32,000 bases of DNA. It comes from Longivirga aurantiaca. GTDB lineage: Bacteria > Actinomycetota > Actinomycetes > S36-B12 > CAIYMF01. Below are positions 1 through 8,479 of this stretch, piece by piece (the first letter of the stretch is position 1; every line of letters starts with the position of its first letter). The DNA is taken from contig NZ_JBHSTI010000002.1 in the NCBI RefSeq assembly GCF_042660085.1, positions 330,001 through 362,000 on the forward strand, in the 5' to 3' direction. A program made the translations under genes and the position numbers. The notes below the pieces were generated by a model. The model was not told the DNA's origin and searched no databases. It worked only from the letters and a program-made list of their open reading frames with translations.

Positions 1-412
1 CTGGAGGTCGGCGTCGACGAACACCACGATGTCGCCCGTCGTGACGGCGAGGGATCGCCACATGGCCTCGCCCTTGCCGCCGCTGCCCGTGTGCTCCGGC
101 AGGATCTCGGCGCGCTGCACGACGCGTGCACCCGCCGCCGCGGCGATCTCGGCGGTCCGGTCGCTGGAGCCGCCGTCGATCACGACGAGCTCGTCGACCA
201 GGCGTCGGTGCTCGGGCGCGGCCGCCCCGAACGAGCGGTGCACGATCTCGACGATCCGGCCGACCGTGGGCTCCTCGTTGAGCGCGGGGAGCACGACGCT
301 CACCGTGGTCGGGCCCTTCACGGTCGCGAGGAGGTCGACCGGCCAGTCCGAGGCCGTGGTCGTGCGACGCTCGAACCAGGCTGCGACGTCCTCGCGCACG
401 GCTCTCCTTCAT
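1..412 (-). CDS. gpgS: glucosyl-3-phosphoglycerate synthase, N-terminal part (gene runs off the left edge)
   Basis: Absent from the ORF track because it is truncated. Reverse translation from the ATG at 412-410 gives MKESRAREDVAAWFERR...TVSVVLPALNEEPTVGRIVE...LVDELVVIDGGSSDRTAEIAAAAGARVV...GSGGKGEAMWRSLAVTTGDIVVFVDADLQ. This matches the GpgS pattern I recall from M. tuberculosis Rv1208 (ISVVLPALNEE, GKGEALWRSL..GDIVVF.D.DL). Confidence 0.75.
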   Translation of the reverse strand, partial: MKESRARGRRSLVRASHDHGLGLAGRPPRDREGPDHGERRAPRAQRGAHGRPDRRDRAPLVRGGRARAPTPGRRARRDRRRLQRPDRRDRRGGGCTRRAARRDPAGAHGQRRQGRGHVAIPRRHDGRHRGVRRRRPP

Positions 413-551
413 CTCAGCGATGTCTCACGATCCGGACCTGCGTCGTCCCGAGGGGCGGGACTCCCGTACAGTCTTGCGCACGGAGTGAACGTCGGCCCCC
501 GGGCCGGGTGTTCCCTCCCGTCGAGGCTTCCGGCCCGGCACAACAGAACAT

Positions 552-705
552 CGCTCATCCAGAGGGGCAGAGGGATACGGCCCGATGAAGCCCCGGCAAC
601 CACCCGGACAACCTCCGAGCGACGTGCAGACGTCGCGCGAGGCCGACCGGAGAAGGTGCCAACTCCGTCCTGTCGGCCGAACGGTCAGGCAGGGAAGATG
701 AGGAG
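552..705 (+). promoter_or_regulatory. SAM-I (S-box) riboswitch aptamer in the leader of the ThrC-like gene
   Basis: CTCATCCAGAGGGGCAGAGGGATACGGCCCGATGAAGCCCCGGCAACC ... GGTGCCAACTCC ... GGGAAGATGAG reproduces the conserved S-box core (CUUAUCaAGAG.GG..GAGGGA..GGCCCgAUGAA.CCCgGCAACC ... GGUGCcAAuUCC ... AGAUGAG). The P1 halves are CTCATC (554-559) and GATGAG (697-702). The 3' P1 strand runs into the GGAGAGAGG Shine-Dalgarno, 8-16 nt before the ATG at 718. Confidence 0.85.
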
Positions 706-717
706 AGAGGCCTCGCC

Positions 718-2016
718 ATGTCCACGTCGTTCATCCCCGCGTCCGAGCTGCCGGCCGACGACGCTCCCCCCGCCGCCCCCGACTTCGGTCCGGCCGCGCG
801 CCTCACCTGTCGTGAGTGCGGCTCCTCCTATGCGCTCGGTGCCGCGTACGCCTGCATCGAGTGCTTCGGCCCGCTCGAGGTCGGCTACGACTACGTCGAC
901 GTGACGCGCGAGCGCATCGAGTCCGGCCCGCAGAACATGTGGCGCTACGCGTGCCTGCTGCCGGTCGCGTCGTACGCCGGCGACGAGCCCAACCTGAACC
1001 CCGGCATGACGCGCCTCGTGCGCGCCGACAACCTGGCGCGGGCGCTCGGGATGACCGGCACGCTCTGGGTCAAGGACGACAGCGGCAACCCGACGCACTC
1101 GTTCAAGGACCGCGTCGTCGCCGTCGCGCAGAGCGCGGCCCGCCGCCTCGGCCTCGGCACCATCGCGTGCGCCTCCACCGGCAACCTCGCCGGTGCCGTG
1201 GCCGCGGCTGCGGCGCGCGGCGGCCAGAAGTCGGTCGTGGTCATCCCGTCCGACCTCGAGGACGGCAAGGTCGTGACGGCGGCGACGTACGGCGGCACGC
1301 TGCTCGCGGTCAACGGCAGCTACGACGACGTCAACCGCCTCTGCTCCGAGCTCATCGGCGACCCGCTCACCGAGGACTGGGGCTTCGTCAACGTCAACCT
1401 GCGCCCGTACTACGCCGAGGGCTCGAAGACGGTCGGGTACGAGATCGCCGAGCAGCTCGGGTGGCGCCTCCCGCAGCAGGTCATCTCGCCGATCGCGTCG
1501 GGGTCGCTGCTCACCAAGGTGGACAAGGCGTTCCGCGAGTTCGTGCAGCTCGGTCTCGTAGCGGACACGCCGTACCGCGTCTTCGGTGCGCAGGCCACGG
1601 GGTGCTCGCCGGTCTCGGTGGCGTTCCGCGAGGGCCACGACGTCGTGCGCCCGCAGCGGCCGAACACCATCGCCAAGTCGCTCGCGATCGGCAACCCGGC
1701 CGACGGCCCCTACGCGCTCGACGCCGTACGCCGCTCCGGCGGCGCGATCGGCGACGTGAGCGACGCGGAGGTGACCGAGGGCATCCGGCTGCTCGCCGAG
1801 ACCGAGGGCATCTTCGCCGAGACCGCGGGCGGTGTGACCGTGGCCGTGCTGCGCCAGCTGCTCGCCTCCGGCGCTGCCGACCCGGCCGCAGAGACCGTGC
1901 TGCTCAACACCGGAGACGGCCTCAAGACCCTCGACGCCGTCCTCGGCCACGTCGGCCCCACCGCCGTGATCGACGCCGACGTCGACGAGGTCACCCGAGT
2001 CCTCACCACCCCCTGA
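718..2016 (+). CDS. threonine synthase family PLP enzyme with N-terminal Cys4 ribbon (ThrC-like; probable MetM-type homocysteine-forming enzyme)
   Basis: 432-aa ORF from the track. It carries the PLP-lysine motif NPTHSFKDR, a CASTGN loop and GDGLK near the C-terminus. The N-terminal CRECG...CIECFG motif is a zinc-ribbon-like element. It is preceded by a SAM riboswitch and followed by a CysO-like carrier gene. Confidence 0.85.
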   Translation: MSTSFIPASELPADDAPPAAPDFGPAARLTCRECGSSYALGAAYACIECFGPLEVGYDYVDVTRERIESGPQNMWRYACLLPVASYAGDEPNLNPGMTRLVRADNLARALGMTGTLWVKDDSGNPTHSFKDRVVAVAQSAARRLGLGTIACASTGNLAGAVAAAAARGGQKSVVVIPSDLEDGKVVTAATYGGTLLAVNGSYDDVNRLCSELIGDPLTEDWGFVNVNLRPYYAEGSKTVGYEIAEQLGWRLPQQVISPIASGSLLTKVDKAFREFVQLGLVADTPYRVFGAQATGCSPVSVAFREGHDVVRPQRPNTIAKSLAIGNPADGPYALDAVRRSGGAIGDVSDAEVTEGIRLLAETEGIFAETAGGVTVAVLRQLLASGAADPAAETVLLNTGDGLKTLDAVLGHVGPTAVIDADVDEVTRVLTTP

Positions 2017-2028
2017 CCTGACCCGAGC

Positions 2029-2080
2029 TACTGCCCAAACGGTCGTTGAGCGAAGTGCTTCAGCGACCATGTGGGCAGTA
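2029..2080 (+). other. intercistronic stem-loop between the ThrC-like and CysO-like genes
   Basis: TACTGCCCA (2029-2037) pairs with TGGGCAGTA (2072-2080). The inner helix is GGTCG (2041-2045) with CGACC (2064-2068). The segment is locally lower in GC. Confidence 0.3.
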
Positions 2081-2110
2081 ACTCGCGGAGCAACGAGAGA
2101 AGGCAGTGCC

Positions 2111-2392
2111 ATGAGCGTGTCGGTCCGGATCCCGACGATCCTGCGCACCTACACCGACGGCGCCAGCGAGGTGACCGTCGAGCCGGCCGAGGACACCCTC
2201 ACATCGGTGCTCGACGCCCTCGAGGCCGCCGCGCCCGGCATCAAGGCCCGCGTGCTCGACGACGAGGGCAAGCTGCGCCGGTTCGTCAACGTGTACGCCG
2301 ACGACGAGGACGTCCGCTTCGTCGGCGGCCTCGACACCCCGACGCCCGCGGGCACGAAGGTCTCGATCATCCCCGCCGTGGCCGGCGGCTGA
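2111..2392 (+). CDS. MoaD/ThiS-family sulfur-carrier protein, CysO-like, C-terminal Gly-Gly
   Basis: The ATG at 2111 inside track ORF 2069..2392 is preceded by GAGAGAAGG. The 93-aa product MSVSVRIPTILRTYTDG...KLRRFVNVYADDEDVRFVGGLDT...VSIIPAVAGG aligns along its length with M. tuberculosis CysO as I recall it (MNVTVSIPTILRPHTGG...LHRFVNIYVNDEDVRFSGGL...VTILPAVAGG). Confidence 0.85.
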   Translation: MSVSVRIPTILRTYTDGASEVTVEPAEDTLTSVLDALEAAAPGIKARVLDDEGKLRRFVNVYADDEDVRFVGGLDTPTPAGTKVSIIPAVAGG

Positions 2393-2404
2393 TCGTCGTA
2401 CGCC

Positions 2405-2445
2405 GAGAGCCCCGCATCCGTCTGCGCGACGGGTGCGGGGCTCTC
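2405..2445 (+). terminator. hairpin terminator after the carrier gene
   Basis: GAGAGCCCCGCA (2405-2416) pairs with TGCGGGGCTCTC (2434-2445), 13 nt after the stop codon. There is no T-tract, as is common in high-GC actinobacteria. Confidence 0.6.
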
Positions 2446-2466
2446 GCGGTCTGTGCTCCGACGAAG

Positions 2467-2500
2467 GACGGCACCGGGCGCTCGCGCGCTCGGTGCCGTC
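2467..2500 (-). terminator. hairpin downstream of the convergent acidic-protein gene
   Basis: Perfect 10-bp stem GACGGCACCG / CGGTGCCGTC. A second small hairpin, CCCTCC-CGGG-GGAGGG, follows at about 2515-2530. Confidence 0.4.
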
Positions 2501-2563
2501 GGGCGATCCGGGGTCCCTCCCGGGGGAGGGCTGGGTACCCGTTCCTGAGGGACGTGTGGCGAC

Positions 2564-2911
2564 CTACTCGGGGATCGGGTCGTACTCCGGGTCGACGTAG
2601 TGGAGAGCAGCCTCCTCGGCGGTGAGGTCGTCGTCCTCGCCGGAGTCGTGCGCGGTCACGTCGTCGTGCTCGCTGTCGAGGGCGTCGCGGTCCTCGGTCA
2701 GGCGCCCGACGATGACCTCGCGGTGCCCCTCGCGGTGCGGCGCGAAGGCGGCGGCGGGGTCGTCCGAGCCGTACTGCTCGGTCAGGTCGGCCTCGAGCGC
2801 GTCGGCGACCTCGTCGCCCGCCTGGCCGCGCCCGGGGTACGCCGGGCCGTCGTACTTCTCGTCCTCGGTCCCGTGCCCGAGACCCGTGTACTCGCGCTCG
2901 TTGGTGCTCAT
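2564..2911 (-). CDS. acidic hypothetical protein (DUF5709-like)
   Basis: The internal ATG of track ORF 2564..3010 gives MSTNEREYTGLGHGTEDEKYDG...VIVGRLTEDRDALDSEHDDVTAHDSGEDDDLTAEEAALHYVDPE. The protein is strongly acidic. The family assignment is from memory of the GRL...D...AEEAA.H tail and is tentative. Confidence 0.6.
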   Translation of the reverse strand: MSTNEREYTGLGHGTEDEKYDGPAYPGRGQAGDEVADALEADLTEQYGSDDPAAAFAPHREGHREVIVGRLTEDRDALDSEHDDVTAHDSGEDDDLTAEEAALHYVDPEYDPIPE

Positions 2912-3004
2912 GAGGTCATTGTGTCCCGCTGGCACCCGGGACGCGCGGCATGTGCGGGAGCCGTCCGGGTGCCTCCCGGCAGGGGTCCGGAGGGCGGTCG
3001 CGGC

Positions 3005-3030
3005 TTGCACTCGGACCCCGAGAGTGCCAA
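3005..3030 (+). promoter_or_regulatory. CIRCE operator 1 (HrcA site)
   Basis: TTGCACTC-N9-GAGTGCCAA compared with the consensus TTAGCACTC-N9-GAGTGCTAA, upstream of groEL. Confidence 0.8.
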
Positions 3031-3038
3031 CAATGGCG

Positions 3039-4839
<1,801 letters not shown>

Positions 4840-4866
4840 TCCGTCCGCACCACCACGCACGACCTC

Positions 4867-4900
4867 GTACCGCCCGGGCCCCCACGGTCCCGGGCGGTAC
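4867..4900 (+). terminator. groEL terminator hairpin
   Basis: 12-bp perfect stem GTACCGCCCGGG / CCCGGGCGGTAC, 28 nt after the stop codon. Confidence 0.7.
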
Positions 4901-4914
4901 GCATGTCTCCGGCC

Positions 4915-4980
4915 GCACTTCTGCGCCCCTAGGGTCGATCACGGCAGTTGAGCTGCACCGGATGACCCGTACTCGTGATC
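4915..4980 (+). repeat. IR-1 structured intergenic repeat, copy A
   Basis: GCACTTCTGCGCCCCTAGGGTCGATCACGGCAGTTGAGCTGCACCGGATGACCCGTACTCGTGATC aligns by hand at roughly 80% identity with 29976-30041. Its core also aligns with the reverse complement of 31394-31438. Confidence 0.75.
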
Positions 4981-4984
4981 ATGA

Positions 4985-5896
4985 GTGCCGTATCCGGTGC
5001 CGGGCGCGTGCGGCCCGGGCACTACGCTCCGGGGCGTGTCCAGCGATTCCGCGTCCCTGCCAGACGGCGCCCGCATCTCGTACCAGGGCGAGCCGGGGTC
5101 GAACTCCGACGCCGCCTGCGAGGCCGTCTTCCCCGGCGTCCCGACGCTGCCGAACGCCACCTTCGAGGATGCCCTCGCCGCCGTGGTGAACGGCGAGGCC
5201 GACCTCGCGATGATCCCGATCGAGAACTCGATCGCCGGTCGGGTGGCCGACATCCACCACCTGCTGCCCGGGTCGGGCCTGTCGATCATCGGCGAGTACT
5301 TCATGCCGATCCACTTCCAGCTCATGGCCGTGCCCGGCACCCGGCTCGACCAGATCACGACCGTGCGCAGCCACATCCACGCCCTCGGGCAGTGCCGCAG
5401 GCTCGTGCGCGAGCACGGGTGGCGCCCCGTGGTGGCCGACGACACTGCCGGGGCCGCCCGCGTCGTCGCCGAGCTCGGCGACCCGGCCGTGGCCGCCCTT
5501 GCGCCGCACCGCGCCGCCGCGCTCTACGGGCTCGAGATCCTCGCCGAGGACGTCGAGGACGAGCACACCAACACCACGCGGTTCGTCGTCCTCGCCCGGG
5601 AGCCGCAGGTGCCCGAGCACGACGGCTCGCTCGTCGTGACGTCGTTCGTCTTCCGGGTGCGCAACGTCCCCGCTGCCCTCTACAAGGCGCTCGGAGGTTT
5701 CGCCACCAACGGCGTCAACATGACCAAGCTCGAGAGCTACCAGCTCGACGGCACGTTCACCGCGACGGAGTTCTACGCCGACGTCGAGGGCCACCCCGAC
5801 GACCGCCCGCTCGCCCTGGCGCTCGAGGAGCTCGCGTTCTTCTCCAGCTCGGTGCGGATGCTGGGCACCTACCCCGCGAGCCCGTTCCGCACCTGA
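4985..5896 (+). CDS. pheA: prephenate dehydratase
   Basis: Track ORF containing RISYQGEPGSNSD...IPIENSIAGRV...TRFVVL...ACT-like C-terminus (NVPAALYKALGGFATNGVNMTKLES). The start is ambiguous: GTG 4985 (no SD; only 4 nt after the last base of IR-1 copy A) or in-frame GTG 5036 (VSSDSASLPDGARISYQ). Confidence 0.9.
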   Translation: MPYPVPGACGPGTTLRGVSSDSASLPDGARISYQGEPGSNSDAACEAVFPGVPTLPNATFEDALAAVVNGEADLAMIPIENSIAGRVADIHHLLPGSGLSIIGEYFMPIHFQLMAVPGTRLDQITTVRSHIHALGQCRRLVREHGWRPVVADDTAGAARVVAELGDPAVAALAPHRAAALYGLEILAEDVEDEHTNTTRFVVLAREPQVPEHDGSLVVTSFVFRVRNVPAALYKALGGFATNGVNMTKLESYQLDGTFTATEFYADVEGHPDDRPLALALEELAFFSSSVRMLGTYPASPFRT

Positions 5897-5983
5897 CCGC
5901 CCCGGTAGGTGGGTGGCGATCCCGTCGTGGAGCGCACCCTCGTTACCCGGGTACGACGGCGCTGCCGGTTCCGGACGCGCGAA

Positions 5984-6007
5984 GGCCCGGGGCAGGTGCC
6001 CCGGGCC
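5984..6007. terminator. bidirectional hairpin between convergent pheA and a small ORF
   Basis: GGCCCGGGGC-AGGT-GCCCCGGGCC, a perfect 10-bp stem. Confidence 0.6.
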
Positions 6008-6031
6008 TCCGTCGACGTTCGTCAGATGCGA

Positions 6032-6178
6032 TCAGAGGGCCACCAGCTCGGCCACGTAGAGCTCGGCAGAGCGCGGACCCGACGGCTCGGCCAGGTCGAG
6101 CAGCAGGGACAGCGAGACGCCGCTGCGGAGCAGGTCCATGACGGCCTGGGTGCCGTCGTACGTAGTCGCGGTCCACAT
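6032..6178 (-). CDS. small hypothetical protein, 48 aa (not in ORF track)
   Basis: The ATG at 6178-6176 is preceded by AAGGAGGTGGCGGCC (strong SD). The product is MWTATTYDGTQAVMDLLRSGVSLSLLLDLAEPSGPRSAELYVAELVAL. Only 3 of 48 codons end in A/T, which fits local coding bias. A terminator hairpin lies downstream. Confidence 0.55.
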   Translation of the reverse strand: MWTATTYDGTQAVMDLLRSGVSLSLLLDLAEPSGPRSAELYVAELVAL

Positions 6179-6200
6179 GGCCGCCACCTCCTTGATCACA

Positions 6201-6302
6201 GTCCGTTCATCGAACGGACACGCGCGACGCTGGTGAGCCGTTCGGGTGGTGCAACCCGTGGTGCTCCGAACGGGCTACCGCGGGCACCGGCCGTTCGTGC
6301 CG
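6201..6302. promoter_or_regulatory. cluster of CCGTTCG/CGAACGG inverted repeats in a divergent intergenic region
   Basis: GTCCGTTC-ATC-GAACGGAC (6201-6219). AGCCGTTCGG (6236-6245) pairs with CCGAACGGGCT (6266-6276). GGCAC-CGGCCGTTC-GTGCC (6283-6301). The heptamer or its complement occurs 5 times in about 100 bp. Confidence 0.35.
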
Positions 6303-6381
6303 TCTTGAGCAGGACGAGAGGCAGGACGGGTGACAGGCAACTCGCGCGCGCGGGACACCGTCCCGCTGCGAGCATCGGCAG

Positions 6382-6936
6382 ATGGACCTCGTCGCGCCGG
6401 ACCGCGCCTACCTCGACGGCTACCTCGACGCCCTGCGCCGGGAGTGGTCGCCGACGACGACCGACCCCGGCTACTGGCGCGCCGAGCTCGCCCGGGTCTC
6501 GGCCGACCCCGACCTCGCGCTGGCGCAGTTCAACGAGCGCGACGGAGGCGGCCGGACGATCACGCTGCCCGACGGCACCGAGGTGGCCCGCATCCCCGGC
6601 GTGGTGCGCTGGCTGTGGGACGGCGAGTTCTGCGGCGCCATCAACGCCCGCTGGCAGCCCGGCACGCCCGACCTCCCGCCGCACGTGCTCGGCCACATCG
6701 GCTACAGCGTCGTCCCCTGGAAGCAGCGCCGGGGCTACGCGACCGAGGCGCTGCGCCAGATGCTCGACATCGTCCGGACGGAGGGGCTCCCGTACGTCGA
6801 GATCACGACCCAGCCGGACAACATCGGCTCGCAGCGGGTGATCGAGGCCAACGGCGGAGTGTCGCTCGGGGAGTTCGTCGAGCCCGAGCAGTACGGCGGG
6901 CACCTGGGCGTGAAGTACCGCATCGACCTCGCCTGA
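6382..6936 (+). CDS. GNAT family N-acetyltransferase
   Basis: Track ORF. The acetyl-CoA loop region is QRRGYATEALRQMLDIVRTEGLPYVEITTQPDNIGSQRVIEANGG. Confidence 0.8.
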   Translation: MDLVAPDRAYLDGYLDALRREWSPTTTDPGYWRAELARVSADPDLALAQFNERDGGGRTITLPDGTEVARIPGVVRWLWDGEFCGAINARWQPGTPDLPPHVLGHIGYSVVPWKQRRGYATEALRQMLDIVRTEGLPYVEITTQPDNIGSQRVIEANGGVSLGEFVEPEQYGGHLGVKYRIDLA

Positions 6937-6937
6937 C

Positions 6938-7486
6938 TCACCCGCCGTCCGGCGCCCAGCCCTTCGGCTCGGCGGGGTCGGACGGCGGGTCGGCCAGGGT
7001 CCGCTGGAACCAGGCGACGCTGCGCCAGGCGCCGAGCTTGAAGCCGACGTCGCGATAGACGCCGAACTGCGCGAACCCGTGCGCACGGTGCAGCGCGACG
7101 CTCGCGTCGTTCGGCAGCGCGATCCCAGCGAAGCACTGCACGTAGCCGAGCCGCTCGACCGTCGGGAGCAGCTCGGCATACAGCGCCGTGCCGATCCCGC
7201 GGCCCGTGGCGCCGGCGTCCAGGTAGACCGACACGTCGCACGCCCAGCGGTAGGCCCGGCGCACGCGGTGGTGGGCTGCGTAGGCGAACCCGAGCACGCG
7301 CTCCTCCGCGTCCTCCGCGACCAGCCATGGCAGGAGCGGGGCGGCTGCCATACGCGCGGCCATCTCCCGGGCGTCCGGCGCGACCTCTTCGAACGACGCG
7401 TACGACGCCTCCACGTGCGGTGCGTAGACCGCGGCGATCCGTTCGGCGTCGCGCGGGGACGCTGCACGGACACGGATGTCGGCCAT
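6938..7486 (-). CDS. GNAT acetyltransferase, phosphinothricin-acetyltransferase (PAT/ArsN1)-like
   Basis: Track ORF containing IRVRAASPRDAERIAAVYAPHV...PWLVAEDAEERVLGFAYAA...RRAYRWACDVSVYLDAGATGRGIGTALY...NDASVALHRAHGF, the typical PAT-family layout. Confidence 0.8.
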   Translation of the reverse strand: MADIRVRAASPRDAERIAAVYAPHVEASYASFEEVAPDAREMAARMAAAPLLPWLVAEDAEERVLGFAYAAHHRVRRAYRWACDVSVYLDAGATGRGIGTALYAELLPTVERLGYVQCFAGIALPNDASVALHRAHGFAQFGVYRDVGFKLGAWRSVAWFQRTLADPPSDPAEPKGWAPDGG

Positions 7487-7594
7487 GGCGCGACCCTAGC
7501 CACGGCAGTCGGTCGCGCGACGTGTGCCGCGCGCTCGTCCGTGGTGGGATGAGGTCCCACCCGTGGCCCGTGGCCCGTCGCACCAGGAGCACCC

Positions 7595-8329
7595 ATGCCC
7601 GCCAGCCGTGATCTCACCGGGACCGTCGTCGTCATCACCGGGGCCACCGCCGGCATCGGCCGGGAGACGGCGCGCCAGCTCGTGGCCAAGGGGGCCAAGG
7701 TCGCGCTCGGCGGTCGTCGCCAGGAGAGGCTCGACGAGCTCGTCGCCGAGCTGGGCGCCGACAACGCCGTCGGCGTCGTCATGGACGTGCGCTCGCCGGA
7801 GGACAACGCGCGCCTGGTGGCTGCCGCCGTCGACCGCTGGGGCCGGCTCGACTCGGTGGTGCCGAACGCCGGCGTCGGCATGTACGGCGGGATCCTCGAC
7901 CAGACCGACGAGGACCTCGCGTTCATGATGGACACGAACTACGCCGGGACCGTGTGGTCCGTGCGTGCAGCCCTCCCGGCGATCCTCGCCACCGGCGACG
8001 GCGGCGACGTCGTGATCGTCTCCAGCGTCGCCGGCTTCCGCGGCGGTCCGGACGAGGCGGTGTACGCCGGGACGAAGCACGCGCAGGTGGGTCTCGCCGG
8101 ATCGCTCGACCGCGAGCTGCGCGAGCGGGGCGTGCGCGTCACCCTCATCTGCCCCGCCGGCACGGCGACCGAGTTCGCCGTCGGAGCGGGTCGCACCGAG
8201 GACGACCCGCGGTTCGCCGAATGGCTCACCGCCGAGGACGTCGCATCGGCCGTCGTGCACACGCTCGAGCAGCCCCGCTCCCTGCGCACCGCGATCTGGA
8301 CCCTGTGGTCGATGGGCCAGGGCAGCTAG
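7595..8329 (+). CDS. SDR family oxidoreductase
   Basis: TGATAGIGRETA (TGxxxGxG), NAGVG and YAGTKHA (YxxxK) motifs. An AGGAGC SD precedes the ATG. Confidence 0.9.
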   Translation: MPASRDLTGTVVVITGATAGIGRETARQLVAKGAKVALGGRRQERLDELVAELGADNAVGVVMDVRSPEDNARLVAAAVDRWGRLDSVVPNAGVGMYGGILDQTDEDLAFMMDTNYAGTVWSVRAALPAILATGDGGDVVIVSSVAGFRGGPDEAVYAGTKHAQVGLAGSLDRELRERGVRVTLICPAGTATEFAVGAGRTEDDPRFAEWLTAEDVASAVVHTLEQPRSLRTAIWTLWSMGQGS

Positions 8330-8372
8330 CCCCACCCGGGGATTTGCCCCCGATGTCGTTGCTTCCCCACAC

Positions 8373-8398
8373 GTTCGGTCGTGACTTCACGACCGAAC
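8373..8398 (+). terminator. hairpin after the SDR gene
   Basis: GTTCGGTCGTG-ACTT-CACGACCGAAC, a perfect 11-bp stem, 44 nt after the stop. Confidence 0.55.
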
Positions 8399-8479
8399 CG
8401 GGGGCAGATCCGCGGGCTGTCCTTCGCCCACGGCTGATTCCGGCGTGCACCGGGGCGTACGACGTCTACCGTCCCTCTC

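Noticed and set aside
685-2148. 487-aa minus-strand ORF covering the whole ThrC-like gene
   Set aside because: It is antisense to a gene with clear family motifs. The product is Arg/Ala/Gly/Asp-rich low complexity with no recognisable motif. Stop-free antisense frames of this kind are expected at this GC content.
7489-7520. Possible degenerate fourth IR-1 copy (GACCCTAGCCACGGCAGTCGGTCGCGCGAC) upstream of the SDR gene
   Set aside because: It shares only CCCTAG and the 9-mer CACGGCAGT with IR-1, and the GATCACG arm and second hairpin are missing. A 9-mer match in 64 kb of two-strand sequence is not significant on its own. It is worth re-testing only with a covariance model.
6196-7935. 579-aa minus-strand ORF spanning two GNAT genes and the SDR start
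   Set aside because: It crosses three independently supported genes and two intergenic regions. Only its segment 6938-7486, in a different frame, corresponds to a real minus-strand gene.
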